A stretch of DNA of 64,000 nt, from positions 62,001 to 126,000 of the forward strand of contig MU626294.1 in NCBI GenBank assembly GCA_025603075.1, given 5' to 3'. The translations under genes were made by a program, and so were the position numbers. Positions 63,665-64,000 of the stretch are shown here, piece after piece (position 1 is the stretch's first letter; every line of letters begins with the position of its first letter). The notes under the pieces are model-generated. The model had not been told where the DNA came from, made no database searches, and saw nothing but the letters and a program-made list of their open reading frames with translations. This DNA is from Neoconidiobolus thromboides FSU 785. Its lineage: Eukaryota; Fungi; Entomophthoromycota.

Positions 63665-63824
63665 AAAACCATTCTTGTAATATAGGTTAAACTGATACAC
63701 TGTATGAGAACGTGAACCATTTACTCAATTACCAAGAACTTGTTTGTAATTGTTAGTAATTGAGTAAATGGTTCACATTCTCATGCAGTGTACTAGTTTA
63801 ACTTATATTACGAGAATGGTTTTT
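63665..63824. repeat. Long hairpin/foldback element with ~68-bp arms
   Basis: AAAACCATTCTTGTAATATAGGTTAAACTGATACACTGTATGAGAACGTGAACCATTTACTCAATTAC pairs with 63756-63824. Confidence 0.88.
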
Positions 63825-64000
63825 TATAATATAACATTAGTATTTAGTTAATAATACTTTTATAAGTACTTAAAAACGTTATGAAGCTAAAGGTTTTAGT
63901 TTTTAATTTACATCTAGTAACAGTTGAAATTATTTAAAAGTTCGCTGATTTAGATTCAACTTTTGAGCTAATCTTTGCTCAAAATGCGAAATAAAAATTT

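Noticed and set aside
1-64000. Recoded stops (selenocysteine, readthrough) or non-canonical introns
   Set aside because: All reconstructed genes close with the standard code and GT-AG introns; no conserved in-frame TGA seen

Overview
AT-rich eukaryotic genomic DNA with short (about 45-60 nt) GT-AG introns. Gene content and composition suggest an early-diverging fungus, plausibly Zoopagomycota/Entomophthoromycotina (inference). I reconstruct 20 protein-coding genes plus one probable pseudogene. Several intron-rich genes are missing or fragmented in the ORF track (ARL1, TMX2, LSM5, a PQ-loop protein, the 5' exons of NHA1, TRAP1). I found no tRNA, rRNA or CRISPR array. The main non-coding signal is a dispersed ~100-bp MITE family: 19 recognisable copies with GGGG...CCCC termini and 4-bp ANNT target-site duplications, a signature that fits Sola-type DNA transposons. 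Copies concentrate in a gene-poor block at ~31-47 kb, which also holds other TIR/foldback elements whose arms differ almost only by transitions. Protein-level highlights: two paralogous disordered proteins sharing unannotated short motifs, an Old Yellow Enzyme with His-x-x-Gly-x-Phe in place of His-x-x-Asn-x-Tyr, and an FKS1 with resistance-type residues in echinocandin hot spot 1. All alignments were done by eye; no database searches were run.
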